A DNA stretch of 50,232 bases from contig JAYZKG010000020.1 of assembly GCA_036163695.1 (NCBI GenBank), positions 1 to 50,232 on the forward strand, given 5' to 3'. Shown piece after piece: positions 32,988-41,525 of this stretch (positions are counted from its first letter, which is position 1; each line of letters starts with the position of its first letter). Origin of the DNA: Actinomycetota bacterium (lineage in GTDB: Bacteria; Actinomycetota; Acidimicrobiia; Actinomarinales; Actinomarinaceae). The translations under genes and the position numbers were made by a program. The notes beneath the pieces are model-generated. The model saw only the letters and a program-made list of their open reading frames with translations. It did no database searches and was not told the origin of the DNA.

Positions 32988-34361
32988 ATGGAATTCGAGA
33001 CAATAATTGAGCCCTTCAAAATTAAATCTGTAGAACCGCTACCAATAACTACTCCCGAAGAAAGGCTCGAAGCACTTAAAAGGGAACATTGGAATATCTT
33101 TGGACTTAAATCTCAAGAGGTAACTATTGACCTTTTAACAGACTCTGGTACAGGATCTATGTCTTCAGAGCAATGGGCTTCACTTATGCGAGGTGATGAG
33201 TCGTATGCAGGATCACAATCATGGCAAAGGTTTGAAGAAGTAGTAAAAGAACTTACTGGATACAAGCATATAATTCCAACACACCAAGGTCGAGCAAGTG
33301 AGCGAATTCTTGCTTCTATAATGCTCCAGGAAGGTAATATCGTGCCAAGTAATAGCCACTTTGACACTACAAGGGCAAACGTAGAATTTACTGGTTCAGA
33401 AGCATTAGACCTAATATGCAAAGAAGGTGAAGATTTGTTGAAACCTGCCCCATTCAAAGGAAATGTAGATCTTGAAAAATTAGAAGAAACGCTATCCAAA
33501 GAAAAAGGAAATATTCCATATGTCCTAATGACTGTTACAAATAACACAGGTGGTGGACAACCAGTCTCAATGGAAAACTTAAAAGCTACAAGAGAAGTAT
33601 GTAGCAAATATGGTATTCCTATGTTCTTAGATGCATGTAGATTTGCAGAAAACTCTTGGTTTATCCATCAAAGAGAAAAGGGTTATGAGTCAGTTGAAAT
33701 AAGAGAGATAGCTAAAGAAATATTCAGGCTATCAGATGGCTGCACAATTAGTTTGAAAAAAGATGGTTTCGGAAATATTGGAGGATTTATTGGTGTAAAT
33801 GATGACAAGATTGCTGCAGAATGTAAAAACATGCTTATTCTTACTGAAGGGTTCCCAACTTATGGAGGCTTAGCAGGAAGAGATTTAGATGCCTTAGCCC
33901 AAGGACTTAAAGAGATTACTGATAAAAGCTACCTTGAGTACCGAGCTAGATCGATTAGCTATCTTGCAGATAAAGCCACTGAATATGGAATTCCCGTTGT
34001 ACAACCTGCAGGTGGTCATGCGCTATATTTGGATGCTAAAACCTACCTTCCCCATATCCCCCCTCATGAATATCCTGGACAAGCAATTGTCTGTGAAATG
34101 TACCTACTTGGTGGGATTAGATGTGCAGAAATAGGCACTTTTGCTTTTGGAGTTCATAATGAAGAAGGTCCGGATTCTCCTGCATCAAATGAATTAGTAA
34201 GGTTAGCATCACCTCGTAGGACATATACACAAAGTCATTTTGACTATGTAGGAGAAGTTCTGAAAGCTCTTGCTGAAAAGAAGGATACTTTGTCAGGATA
34301 TAAAATTACAGAGCAACCTGAATTCTTGAGACACTTCACTGCAAAGCTTGAACCAATTTAG
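32988..34361 (+). CDS. tnaA: Tryptophanase (tryptophan indole-lyase), beta-eliminating lyase family
   Basis: 457 aa with IDLLTDSGTGSMS, PTHQGR, the PLP-lysine motif SLKKDGFGNIGGF, FPTYGGLAGRD and a C-terminal LRHFTAKLEPI. HFDTT (Asp) and RHFTAK (His) match tryptophanase rather than tyrosine phenol-lyase (TTT and RFFTAR). Confidence 0.85.
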   Translation: MEFETIIEPFKIKSVEPLPITTPEERLEALKREHWNIFGLKSQEVTIDLLTDSGTGSMSSEQWASLMRGDESYAGSQSWQRFEEVVKELTGYKHIIPTHQGRASERILASIMLQEGNIVPSNSHFDTTRANVEFTGSEALDLICKEGEDLLKPAPFKGNVDLEKLEETLSKEKGNIPYVLMTVTNNTGGGQPVSMENLKATREVCSKYGIPMFLDACRFAENSWFIHQREKGYESVEIREIAKEIFRLSDGCTISLKKDGFGNIGGFIGVNDDKIAAECKNMLILTEGFPTYGGLAGRDLDALAQGLKEITDKSYLEYRARSISYLADKATEYGIPVVQPAGGHALYLDAKTYLPHIPPHEYPGQAIVCEMYLLGGIRCAEIGTFAFGVHNEEGPDSPASNELVRLASPRRTYTQSHFDYVGEVLKALAEKKDTLSGYKITEQPEFLRHFTAKLEPI

Positions 34362-34377
34362 TTAGAATAAGAAGATA

Positions 34378-36273
34378 ATGAATAGTAAAGATATAGACAA
34401 ATACTTAGATCTTTCTAATTTAACATGCAACAAAAAGAACATGTATGTCCAATCATCAAAGATGGACTTTGAATTAAATAGATATGTAGATGAAATTCAT
34501 TCATATGAAGATAACTCTTGGAAGCAGATATTAAGCGACAAAGATACAAACTATTCAACTCCATTGATTTCTCCAGATGGAAAGTATTATTTATATACTA
34601 AAACCTCATTCTTAGACAAAAAAGAACAAGAAGAAGGCCCTAGTGAAGTAGAGCTTATATTGAAAGAAATAGAAAGTGAAGAATTAACCAGTTTATTAAA
34701 AATAGATAAGAGTGAAAAAAAATCTGGAAAAAGTATAGCTAAATATATTTGGAGCAGCGATTCAAAATTTGTATATGTTTCAGTAAAAGAGCCCACCGAA
34801 GAAAAGGCAGAAGAACCTTTATATATAACCTCTCTTCCATTTAGATTTGATGACAAAGGTCTTATATTTAATAAAAGAGCTTCCATTGACAAAATCAATA
34901 TCTCAACAAATGATTCTGAAAGACTAGTTGATGGTTTTCAAGACCATATACTATCTATCAACTCTTATTTAATAAAAGATAATTCTCTTATTTATATAAC
35001 TGATTCTTACAACAAAGAAGGGAATGATCTTATTGAAAGGATAGTAAAAACTGAAATAGGTAGTAAAGAAAAAGAAATCATACACGAAGGTGGGAGCTGG
35101 TGGGAACTAGTTTATTCGGAAGATAAGCTTTATGCAGTTGGGTTGTCTTCAAGGATGGATTGGCCAAAAACTCCCTCCCTTTATTCAGTTACTGCAAATG
35201 GAGAGACTGAAGACCTACTCAAGGAATTGGATAGGGATGTAGTCGACGTTAACAAGATAAATGAAGAAATATACATAACATATGAAGACTCTGGAAAGGT
35301 TTGCTTAGGAATATTTAAAGATTCAAAGATTGAAACTCTATCTGATAATGAAGAAACTATAACATGTATTTCGGGTGATGGTTCTGGGATTTATGGGATC
35401 ATTAACAACCAAACCTGTCCAGGTGAGGTATATAATTTAAGCGATAATCATGAAAAAATTTCAGTATTTAATAAAGAATTTAGAGATAAAGTTTCCTTAG
35501 TAGATTACAAATATCTACGTATCAATACTGGGGATTCTGAAATAGACACCTGGGGACTTCTAGTAAATCCTGATGCACCGACCCTGCTAAACGTTCATGG
35601 TGGGCCCGCAGCACAATATGGCTTTACTTTCTTTGATGAATTCCAAGTATACGCAGACGCAGGTTTCAATGTCATTGCATGCAACCCCCGAGGGTCATCT
35701 GGAAGAGGAGATATATTCATTAAAGGAGTCAAGGGTGAGCATTGGGGCGTCAATGATGTGCATGATGTTATCACCTCATTCGACAAGATGGTTGATGAAA
35801 TGAAAATAACTAATACAAAATTTGGAATAATGGGAGGCTCATATGGAGGCTTTATGACTAGTTGGGTTATTGGGAACTACCCAGAAAAATTTCAATCTGC
35901 AATTGTGGAAAGAGCTCTTCTTAATTGGGCAACAATGGTAAGCACATCAGATATTGGATATAGTTTCCCCGCAATGTATTTGGAAGAAACAATTGAAAAT
36001 AATCCAGAACTTTATAAAGAAAAGAGTCCTATCTCATATGCAAACAATATTATTGCCCCCACTCTAATTATTCATTCTGAAAATGATTACAGATGCCCTA
36101 TGGAACAGGCTGAACAACTATTCTCTATCCTTAAACGTAGAAACATAGAATCTGCCTTGCTAAGATTCCCTGGGGAAGGACATGAACTATCTAGATCTGG
36201 AACGCCTAAACATAGGGATATAAGATTCAATCATATAATTAATTGGCATAAGAAATATCTACTTATTGACTAA
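34378..36273 (+). CDS. S9 family serine peptidase (prolyl oligopeptidase / acylaminoacyl-peptidase-like)
   Basis: 631 aa. The N-terminal ~380 aa are beta-propeller-like. The C-terminal alpha/beta hydrolase domain has the nucleophile elbow GGSYGGFMT and later D and H (ENDYRCP, GEGHEL). Confidence 0.85.
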   Translation: MNSKDIDKYLDLSNLTCNKKNMYVQSSKMDFELNRYVDEIHSYEDNSWKQILSDKDTNYSTPLISPDGKYYLYTKTSFLDKKEQEEGPSEVELILKEIESEELTSLLKIDKSEKKSGKSIAKYIWSSDSKFVYVSVKEPTEEKAEEPLYITSLPFRFDDKGLIFNKRASIDKINISTNDSERLVDGFQDHILSINSYLIKDNSLIYITDSYNKEGNDLIERIVKTEIGSKEKEIIHEGGSWWELVYSEDKLYAVGLSSRMDWPKTPSLYSVTANGETEDLLKELDRDVVDVNKINEEIYITYEDSGKVCLGIFKDSKIETLSDNEETITCISGDGSGIYGIINNQTCPGEVYNLSDNHEKISVFNKEFRDKVSLVDYKYLRINTGDSEIDTWGLLVNPDAPTLLNVHGGPAAQYGFTFFDEFQVYADAGFNVIACNPRGSSGRGDIFIKGVKGEHWGVNDVHDVITSFDKMVDEMKITNTKFGIMGGSYGGFMTSWVIGNYPEKFQSAIVERALLNWATMVSTSDIGYSFPAMYLEETIENNPELYKEKSPISYANNIIAPTLIIHSENDYRCPMEQAEQLFSILKRRNIESALLRFPGEGHELSRSGTPKHRDIRFNHIINWHKKYLLID

Positions 36274-36280
36274 ATAAAGA

Positions 36281-36889
36281 TCAATCGTACCTAGTGGGTA
36301 CAAGAATTGTTACAAAATGAGTATACGAACCTGTTTCAACAGAAGACCCTATTGCCTCGCTTATCTCCTGCCTAATAACTTCCATAATGTTATATACAAA
36401 ATAAAAGTTTTTAGGCATAATATCTACAGCTTGAGCCCTAAAAAAGCCTGTACAGCTTAATATCCATTTATGATTTTCATTCTCTGAAGGAGTGAGTCTA
36501 AAATGAAGCTCCCTGCAGCACTTTGCTTCATCAGTATCATCATGAAACCACCACGTATTATTCATCATTATTACTGCGCGTTTGGAAGATGGGAATTTAA
36601 CCAATGAATTTACTACGTTAGTAATCTTCTCATTCATTTCTATTGAGTAGTCTCCTTGTGAGCCCCCCCTGTATTCTGTTTCAAAAAGCTTTTTCTCCTC
36701 ATCAGTCACTTCCATTCCACAATTTTTTTTCGCATAATATTTCAATGAAAGCTCATCAAATAATTCGGTTTCAATTAATGCATTATCCTCAGTAAAGATA
36801 GGGATTGTCCCAGCAAAATCAAAAGTGGGTGCTTCTTTTAATGCAGAATTAAACATATCAAACGCAGAATCATAACTAATTATTGCCAT
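36281..36889 (-). CDS. Divergent, N-terminally short thymidylate-synthase-fold protein (function uncertain)
   Basis: 202 aa. It matches my recollection of E. coli ThyA segment by segment:
- ITNVVNSLVKFPSSKRAVIMMNN vs [23 protein letters not shown]
- KCCRELHFRL vs PCHAFFQFYV
- LSCTGFFRAQAVDIMPKNFYFVYNIM vs [26 protein letters not shown]
- VETGSYTHFV vs EVGDFVWTGG. Confidence 0.55.
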   Translation of the reverse strand: MAIISYDSAFDMFNSALKEAPTFDFAGTIPIFTEDNALIETELFDELSLKYYAKKNCGMEVTDEEKKLFETEYRGGSQGDYSIEMNEKITNVVNSLVKFPSSKRAVIMMNNTWWFHDDTDEAKCCRELHFRLTPSENENHKWILSCTGFFRAQAVDIMPKNFYFVYNIMEVIRQEISEAIGSSVETGSYTHFVTILVPTRYD

Positions 36890-36925
36890 TAAGTTTTATT
36901 CTAGTTGTTACTTACTAAATGGATA

Positions 36926-37897
36926 TTAACTTAACGATTTAGTTTTCATATGTTCATTCAAAAATTCACCAAACATTTTAAATGACTCTATTGTCTCAGG
37001 AAGCTTTGCCTCCATATGGAAAACGTGCCACATTCCATCCCACTCATGATACCCAACAACACAACCTGCTTTGTCCAATGCGTCTTTAACAGATCTAGAA
37101 TCAGCTAATAGGCACTCGTGCGAGCCTACCTGTATCATTACTGGTGGACACCCTGTGTAATCTCCATGAATTGGTGCAATATAAGGATTTGAAGGATCCA
37201 TATCTTCATTTTTAACATAATATCCACCAAATCCATCATGATTGTATTTAGTCCAATTTTTTCTCATTACTGGGCCTAACAATACATCCTTGTCTGCCAT
37301 CTCCTCTGTATATGTATCTCCAGTTGCTGGAGGGTCTGCCCAAGGAGAGATGCATAATACTGCTGCGGGAAGATCTTTTCCTTGTTCTTTTAGTTTTAAA
37401 AGTGTTACAAGAGATAGGTTTCCTCCAGCTGAATCACCCCCTAAGGCAATCTGATCAGCAGAATATCCTTCTTGACTGATTAGTGCATCGTACACTTTTA
37501 CACCATCTTCTAATTGAGCAGGAAAGTAATGTTCAGGTGCAAGTCTGTAATCTGGTAAATATACTGTTGTACCAGTTATGTCTGCAAGATTACTTGCTAA
37601 AGAATAGTATCCTTTTGGAGAACCAACTATGTATGCTCCTCCGTGATAATACAGAATAACTTTGTTCGGATCAGAATTTGGTGTTGTTACCTTCCATGTT
37701 CTAACTCCATCAAGAAACATCTCTTCTTTCTGAGCACCTTTTGCTTTTGGCTGTATCCCCATAATGAGATTGAAATTTTTTCTCTGACCCCATACTTTAA
37801 ATTTAGATACTTTATCTGAATCGTAAGCAAAGAAACTCACCACTGATCCGAGCTTATTGTATCTTTCCCTAAGCTTTATAGCTTGATCACTTAACAT
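36926..37897 (-). CDS. Alpha/beta hydrolase, hormone-sensitive-lipase (family IV) type esterase
   Basis: Carries the HGGAY oxyanion motif and the GDSAGGNL nucleophile elbow. I chose the start at 37897 (MLSDQ...) because it is preceded by GGGGGGAG. The track start at 37951 adds 18 aa. Confidence 0.85.
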   Translation of the reverse strand: MLSDQAIKLRERYNKLGSVVSFFAYDSDKVSKFKVWGQRKNFNLIMGIQPKAKGAQKEEMFLDGVRTWKVTTPNSDPNKVILYYHGGAYIVGSPKGYYSLASNLADITGTTVYLPDYRLAPEHYFPAQLEDGVKVYDALISQEGYSADQIALGGDSAGGNLSLVTLLKLKEQGKDLPAAVLCISPWADPPATGDTYTEEMADKDVLLGPVMRKNWTKYNHDGFGGYYVKNEDMDPSNPYIAPIHGDYTGCPPVMIQVGSHECLLADSRSVKDALDKAGCVVGYHEWDGMWHVFHMEAKLPETIESFKMFGEFLNEHMKTKSLS

Positions 37898-37998
37898 AGA
37901 CTCCCCCCGAACTATTAATCTCAATATAACAAATAGAGCTACCATGTTCAAACCAGAGTCTATTATTGAGCTATTGCTAAGTAATTAAGCTAGTTGGA

Positions 37999-38364
37999 TT
38001 AGTATTTATCTTTAAATCTTCTTCTTTTTCTACCATCACTGATTATTGACATATTTTCTGATATATCTTCTCTTTGCAAAAATTCAGGAGTCTCCTCTTC
38101 ATCAGGACTGTCCTGGCCAGACTGTCTGTCTAGAATTTGATCTAAATCTGGAACGCCTGAGCTCGGTCGCTGTGATTTTATTCGGTCACTTAAGCTCGGA
38201 GATGACCCTCTTCCCTTTCTTAATTCAGCAATAGGTAGAAGTACTAAAGGAATGGAAGTACCAAGTATTGGGAAAATAGCCCAAGGAAAAGGAATCCAAG
38301 CAATGAATCCTCTAGCTAATAAAAGCCAACCTATAATTGTAACGATCGAGAAAAATGTCCTCAT
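37999..38364 (-). CDS. Small membrane protein with two TM helices and a charged, probably disordered C-terminal tail
   Basis: 121 aa. The N-terminus is hydrophobic (FFSIVTIIGWLLLARGFIAWIPFPWAIFPILGTSIPLVLLPI). The tail is rich in S, P, D, E, R and K. It starts 4 nt after the PRTase stop. Confidence 0.55.
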   Translation of the reverse strand: MRTFFSIVTIIGWLLLARGFIAWIPFPWAIFPILGTSIPLVLLPIAELRKGRGSSPSLSDRIKSQRPSSGVPDLDQILDRQSGQDSPDEEETPEFLQREDISENMSIISDGRKRRRFKDKY

Positions 38365-38368
38365 GGAT

Positions 38369-38839
38369 TTAGTCTAGAGCTTCTCCATTACTTTCCCACC
38401 ATACTTCATGTGGAAAATTTATCCAGATGCCTTCAGTATCTTTAGCTAACTCATTAATAAAGTAATGGGGTTTAAAGTCACACTCGTTATTCCACCATAG
38501 GGAAGCAAATCTAACATCGCACTCATGGTTAATGTTATCTTTAATGTAATCGGATATTCTATCAAAAGTCTCACCGCTATCACAGATATCATCAACAATT
38601 AGTACTTTCTGATCACCTGGCTGGGGTAAATAATTTTCCCAATGAGGAAAATCCCTTGTAGAAGCATGAACGGGCTTAAATGGAATATTTAGTTTGTGAG
38701 ATATCATAACTCCTGGAATTAAACCGCCTCTACTAATTCCAACAATTACGTCAGGAATAAAAGAATCCGCTTCAAGGTTGTTACAAAGTTTATCAGTGTC
38801 CTGAAATTGCTCTGACCAAGAGTAGTTAAGTTTCTCCAT
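38369..38839 (-). CDS. Purine phosphoribosyltransferase, Gpt-like (xanthine-guanine PRTase family)
   Basis: 156 aa. ISRGGLIPGVMISHKLNI resembles E. coli Gpt VSRGGLVPGALLARELGI. The PRPP loop is VLIVDDICDSGETF. A TACAAT -10-like hexamer (complement of 38852..38857) lies 12 nt upstream of the ATG. Confidence 0.8.
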   Translation of the reverse strand: MEKLNYSWSEQFQDTDKLCNNLEADSFIPDVIVGISRGGLIPGVMISHKLNIPFKPVHASTRDFPHWENYLPQPGDQKVLIVDDICDSGETFDRISDYIKDNINHECDVRFASLWWNNECDFKPHYFINELAKDTEGIWINFPHEVWWESNGEALD

Positions 38840-38931
38840 AAGTGAACTTTCATTGTATCAAACACGAAAAAAAAGTAAGGGAAAAAAAGAATATAAAAAG
38901 TTCTTAAAGAGAACGTAGTTTGTAGCAAAAG

Positions 38932-38959
38932 TATAATTTTTTTATATACGAAAAGGAGG
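38932..38959 (+). promoter_or_regulatory. Candidate -10 (TATAAT, 38932..38937) and strong Shine-Dalgarno sequence (AAGGAGG, 38953..38959) for the BMP binding-protein gene
   Basis: A consensus TATAAT lies 27 nt upstream of the ATG at 38965. AAGGAGG lies 5 nt upstream of the ATG and is the strongest Shine-Dalgarno sequence I saw in the window. Confidence 0.4.
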
Positions 38960-38964
38960 TAAGA

Positions 38965-39972
38965 ATGCGTAGAGGATGGGCGGTAGGTCTAGTCCTAATC
39001 AGTATTCTTGCTATAGCATGCGGTGGAGCCGCATCTGTAGATGAATATAAAGCTGCATTTGTGTATGTTGGCCCAGCTGACGATGGTGGTTGGTCTCAAG
39101 CACATGATGTAGGTCGACAAAAACTTGTAGAGGAAACAGGAATTGAAACTGCTTACACTGAGCTTGTTCCTGAAGATGCTACAGAATTCCGAACTGTTGC
39201 AGAAGCCTATATTGAACAAGGTTACAATATAATCTTTGGTACAACATTTGGATATCTAGATGCAATGGAAGAAATGGCTTTGGAGTATCCAGATGTAATA
39301 TTCCTTCATTGTTCAGGATATAAATTAAATGATTCGAACTTTGGTAATTATTTTGGAAAGATGTATCAACCTAGGTACTTATCAGGACTTGTGGCAGGAT
39401 CAATTACTAAATCTAATAAAATTGGTTATGTAGCAGCATTCCCAATACCAGAAGTAATTCGAGGAATTAATGCTTTCGCTGAAGGAGTAAAGGAAACAAA
39501 TCCAAATGCAACTGTTGAGGTAGTTTGGACATTTACATGGTTCGGACCAGAAGCTGAGACACAAGCAGCAAATGCTCTTTTGGAAACTGGAGCAGATGTT
39601 TTGACTCAACACCAAGACTCAACAGCAACAGGTATAGCTGCGGAGGCAGCTGGTGCAAAGTGGATTTCATATAATACTGCATACGGTAAAGATGCAGCGC
39701 CTGAAGCTTTTGTAACAGCACCTGTATGGGATTGGGGTCCATATTATGTCTCAGTTGTAGAATCAATTGCGGATGGTTCATTTGTCCCTGAAGCATACTG
39801 GGGAGGTATGGAGACAGGATTGGTATCTCTGTACGAATTATCAGGAGATGTCCCTCGAACAGTGGAACAATTAGTGAATGAAAGAACAATGGAAATTCTT
39901 TCTGGAGCTTTTGACCCACCAATAGTCGAGGATAAATTTGTTGATAATGTTATCGGGACTGTAAGTCCTTAG
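38965..39972 (+). CDS. BMP-family (PnrA/Med-like) ABC transporter substrate-binding lipoprotein, probably nucleoside-binding
   Basis: 335 aa. Lipoprotein signal LISILAIACGG. The BMP-family N-terminus is AAFVYVGPADDGGWSQAHD. It is followed by the cognate double ATPase and two permeases. Confidence 0.9.
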   Translation: MRRGWAVGLVLISILAIACGGAASVDEYKAAFVYVGPADDGGWSQAHDVGRQKLVEETGIETAYTELVPEDATEFRTVAEAYIEQGYNIIFGTTFGYLDAMEEMALEYPDVIFLHCSGYKLNDSNFGNYFGKMYQPRYLSGLVAGSITKSNKIGYVAAFPIPEVIRGINAFAEGVKETNPNATVEVVWTFTWFGPEAETQAANALLETGADVLTQHQDSTATGIAAEAAGAKWISYNTAYGKDAAPEAFVTAPVWDWGPYYVSVVESIADGSFVPEAYWGGMETGLVSLYELSGDVPRTVEQLVNERTMEILSGAFDPPIVEDKFVDNVIGTVSP

Positions 39973-39985
39973 AAATATTTTTTGT

Positions 39986-40015
39986 ACACTCCAGTCGTTT
40001 AAGCGACTGGAGTGT
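39986..40015 (+). terminator. GC-rich 12-bp stem-loop (acactccagtcg-tttaag-cgactggagtgt) between the binding-protein and ATPase genes. Likely an intra-operon attenuator or mRNA stabiliser.
   Basis: The stem is a perfect reverse complement starting 13 nt after the bmp stop. No T-tract follows. The next gene starts 13 nt downstream at 40029. Confidence 0.5.
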
Positions 40016-40028
40016 TCTATCCTAAGAT

Positions 40029-41525
40029 ATGAATCAAATAATTTTAGAAACAAAAGAAATTTCTAAATCTTTTGGCGAAGTCAAAGCATTAAATAATGTC
40101 AATTTTTACTTACACAAAGGTAAAATTCATGGCTTACTAGGAGAGAATGGTGCTGGCAAAAGTTCTCTGATGAATATTCTATCTGGAATTTATCAGCCTG
40201 AAAAAGGATCTATTATTTTTGAAGGCAATACACTATCTAACCTCACGCCTGATTCAGCTATGAAATTAGGAATTGGCATGGTCCATCAAGAATTTAGACT
40301 TATTGAAAGCTTCAGCATTAAAGACAACCTCACTCTCTCAAAGTCTAATATTTATGTAGAAAATTTTAATGAAGCATATAGTAAATATTCTGACATCTTC
40401 TCACTATCGGTAAGTTCTGAAGAAATCATCTCTAGTTTGTCAGTTGGTGAAAAGCAGAAAATTGAGATAATGAAATTAATTTTTAATAACAGCAAAATTA
40501 TGCTGCTTGATGAGCCAACTGCAGTATTGACCCCCCAAGAAACGAATCAACTGAAGAGCTCTCTAGAAAGGTTGTCGAAAGAAGATGGTAAAACAATTGT
40601 CTTCATCACACACAAATTGAAAGAAATAAAGGAGCTAACTGAAACTATATTTGTAATGAAAAATGGCGAAATGGTTGCAAAGGATTTAGATACAAAGTCT
40701 GTTGATGATAAAGAATTAATCAACCTGATGATGGGAGAAATGACTTCTTCTGAAGTCAAGAAAAACAATATTAAGGGGGAGGAAAAATTAGTTGTCCAAG
40801 ATGTTAAATATACCGGAAACCAAGATAAGCCAAACTTCTTAAATGGTATGAATATAAGTATTCAATCTGGGGAAATTTTGGGCGTTGCCGGAGTTTCAGG
40901 AAATGGTCAAGTAGAGCTAGCAAATATCATAAGTGGTGTTGATAGAGGATTTACTGGAAAAGTATTAATTAACAATGTAGATGTATCTAAAAAAGGAGTA
41001 AAAGCAAGGAAAAAGCTTAATTTATCTTATATACCAGAAAATAGACTCGGAGTTGGGCTGGCTCCTGGTGTTTCCGTATTGGACAATTCAGCAATGAGGG
41101 AATACTTTAATGCCAGCTATGGTCAACATTTATCAAGAAAAAAGATGTTGAATTTCTTAGATATCCTCATTGACCAGTTTTCAATTAAGACTTCTGACCC
41201 AAAAGCCGAAATATCAACTCTATCTGGAGGAAATATGCAGAAACTACTAATGGGGAGAGAGCTAATATCTAATCCCGAAGTAATTATTGCCTCTCAACCA
41301 ACCAGAGGTCTGGATGTAAGTGCAGTAGAAGCTATTCATAATCTCATTGTTCAACAAAGAGATAACGGCTCTGCAGTAATGCTCTTTTCCGAAGATTTAG
41401 ATGAATTGTTTAAATTAAGTGATCGAATAATTGTTTTATATGAAGGTTCGATAATCAAAGAATTCCTCATTGAGGACGCGAATAGAAATAATGTTGGTTT
41501 AGCTATGGCAGGAATTAATGAGTAA
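40029..41525 (+). CDS. ABC transporter ATP-binding protein with duplicated ATPase domains (nucleoside/sugar type)
   Basis: 498 aa with two Walker A motifs (GENGAGKSS, GVSGNGQ) and two signature motifs (LSVGEKQ, LSGGNMQ). Confidence 0.9.
   Translation: MNQIILETKEISKSFGEVKALNNVNFYLHKGKIHGLLGENGAGKSSLMNILSGIYQPEKGSIIFEGNTLSNLTPDSAMKLGIGMVHQEFRLIESFSIKDNLTLSKSNIYVENFNEAYSKYSDIFSLSVSSEEIISSLSVGEKQKIEIMKLIFNNSKIMLLDEPTAVLTPQETNQLKSSLERLSKEDGKTIVFITHKLKEIKELTETIFVMKNGEMVAKDLDTKSVDDKELINLMMGEMTSSEVKKNNIKGEEKLVVQDVKYTGNQDKPNFLNGMNISIQSGEILGVAGVSGNGQVELANIISGVDRGFTGKVLINNVDVSKKGVKARKKLNLSYIPENRLGVGLAPGVSVLDNSAMREYFNASYGQHLSRKKMLNFLDILIDQFSIKTSDPKAEISTLSGGNMQKLLMGRELISNPEVIIASQPTRGLDVSAVEAIHNLIVQQRDNGSAVMLFSEDLDELFKLSDRIIVLYEGSIIKEFLIEDANRNNVGLAMAGINE

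Noticed and set aside
33113-33607. 164-aa antisense ORF inside tnaA
   Set aside because: It lies entirely within a strongly supported, motif-rich gene on the opposite strand. The product is low-complexity and Ser/Pro-rich with no motifs. This is a typical shadow ORF.
38369-38839. Small PRTase plus adjacent membrane protein considered as a defence-type effector pair (PRTase effectors occur in retron-like systems)
   Set aside because: The PRTase matches housekeeping Gpt motifs and length. There is no reverse transcriptase, structured ncRNA region, nuclease or NTPase nearby. The context is nucleotide salvage.
28309-38839. The accessory-looking 10.5-kb stretch considered as a genomic island or mobile element
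   Set aside because: I see no flanking tRNA, direct repeats, integrase/recombinase, transposase or phage genes. Composition looks like the rest of the window by eye, and gene spacing is as tight as elsewhere.
38995-40053. Four minus-strand ORFs (74, 71, 129 and 60 aa) across the BMP binding-protein gene
   Set aside because: They result from the locally higher G+C, which gives fewer stop codons. They overlap each other and the well-supported lipoprotein gene, and they have no motifs.
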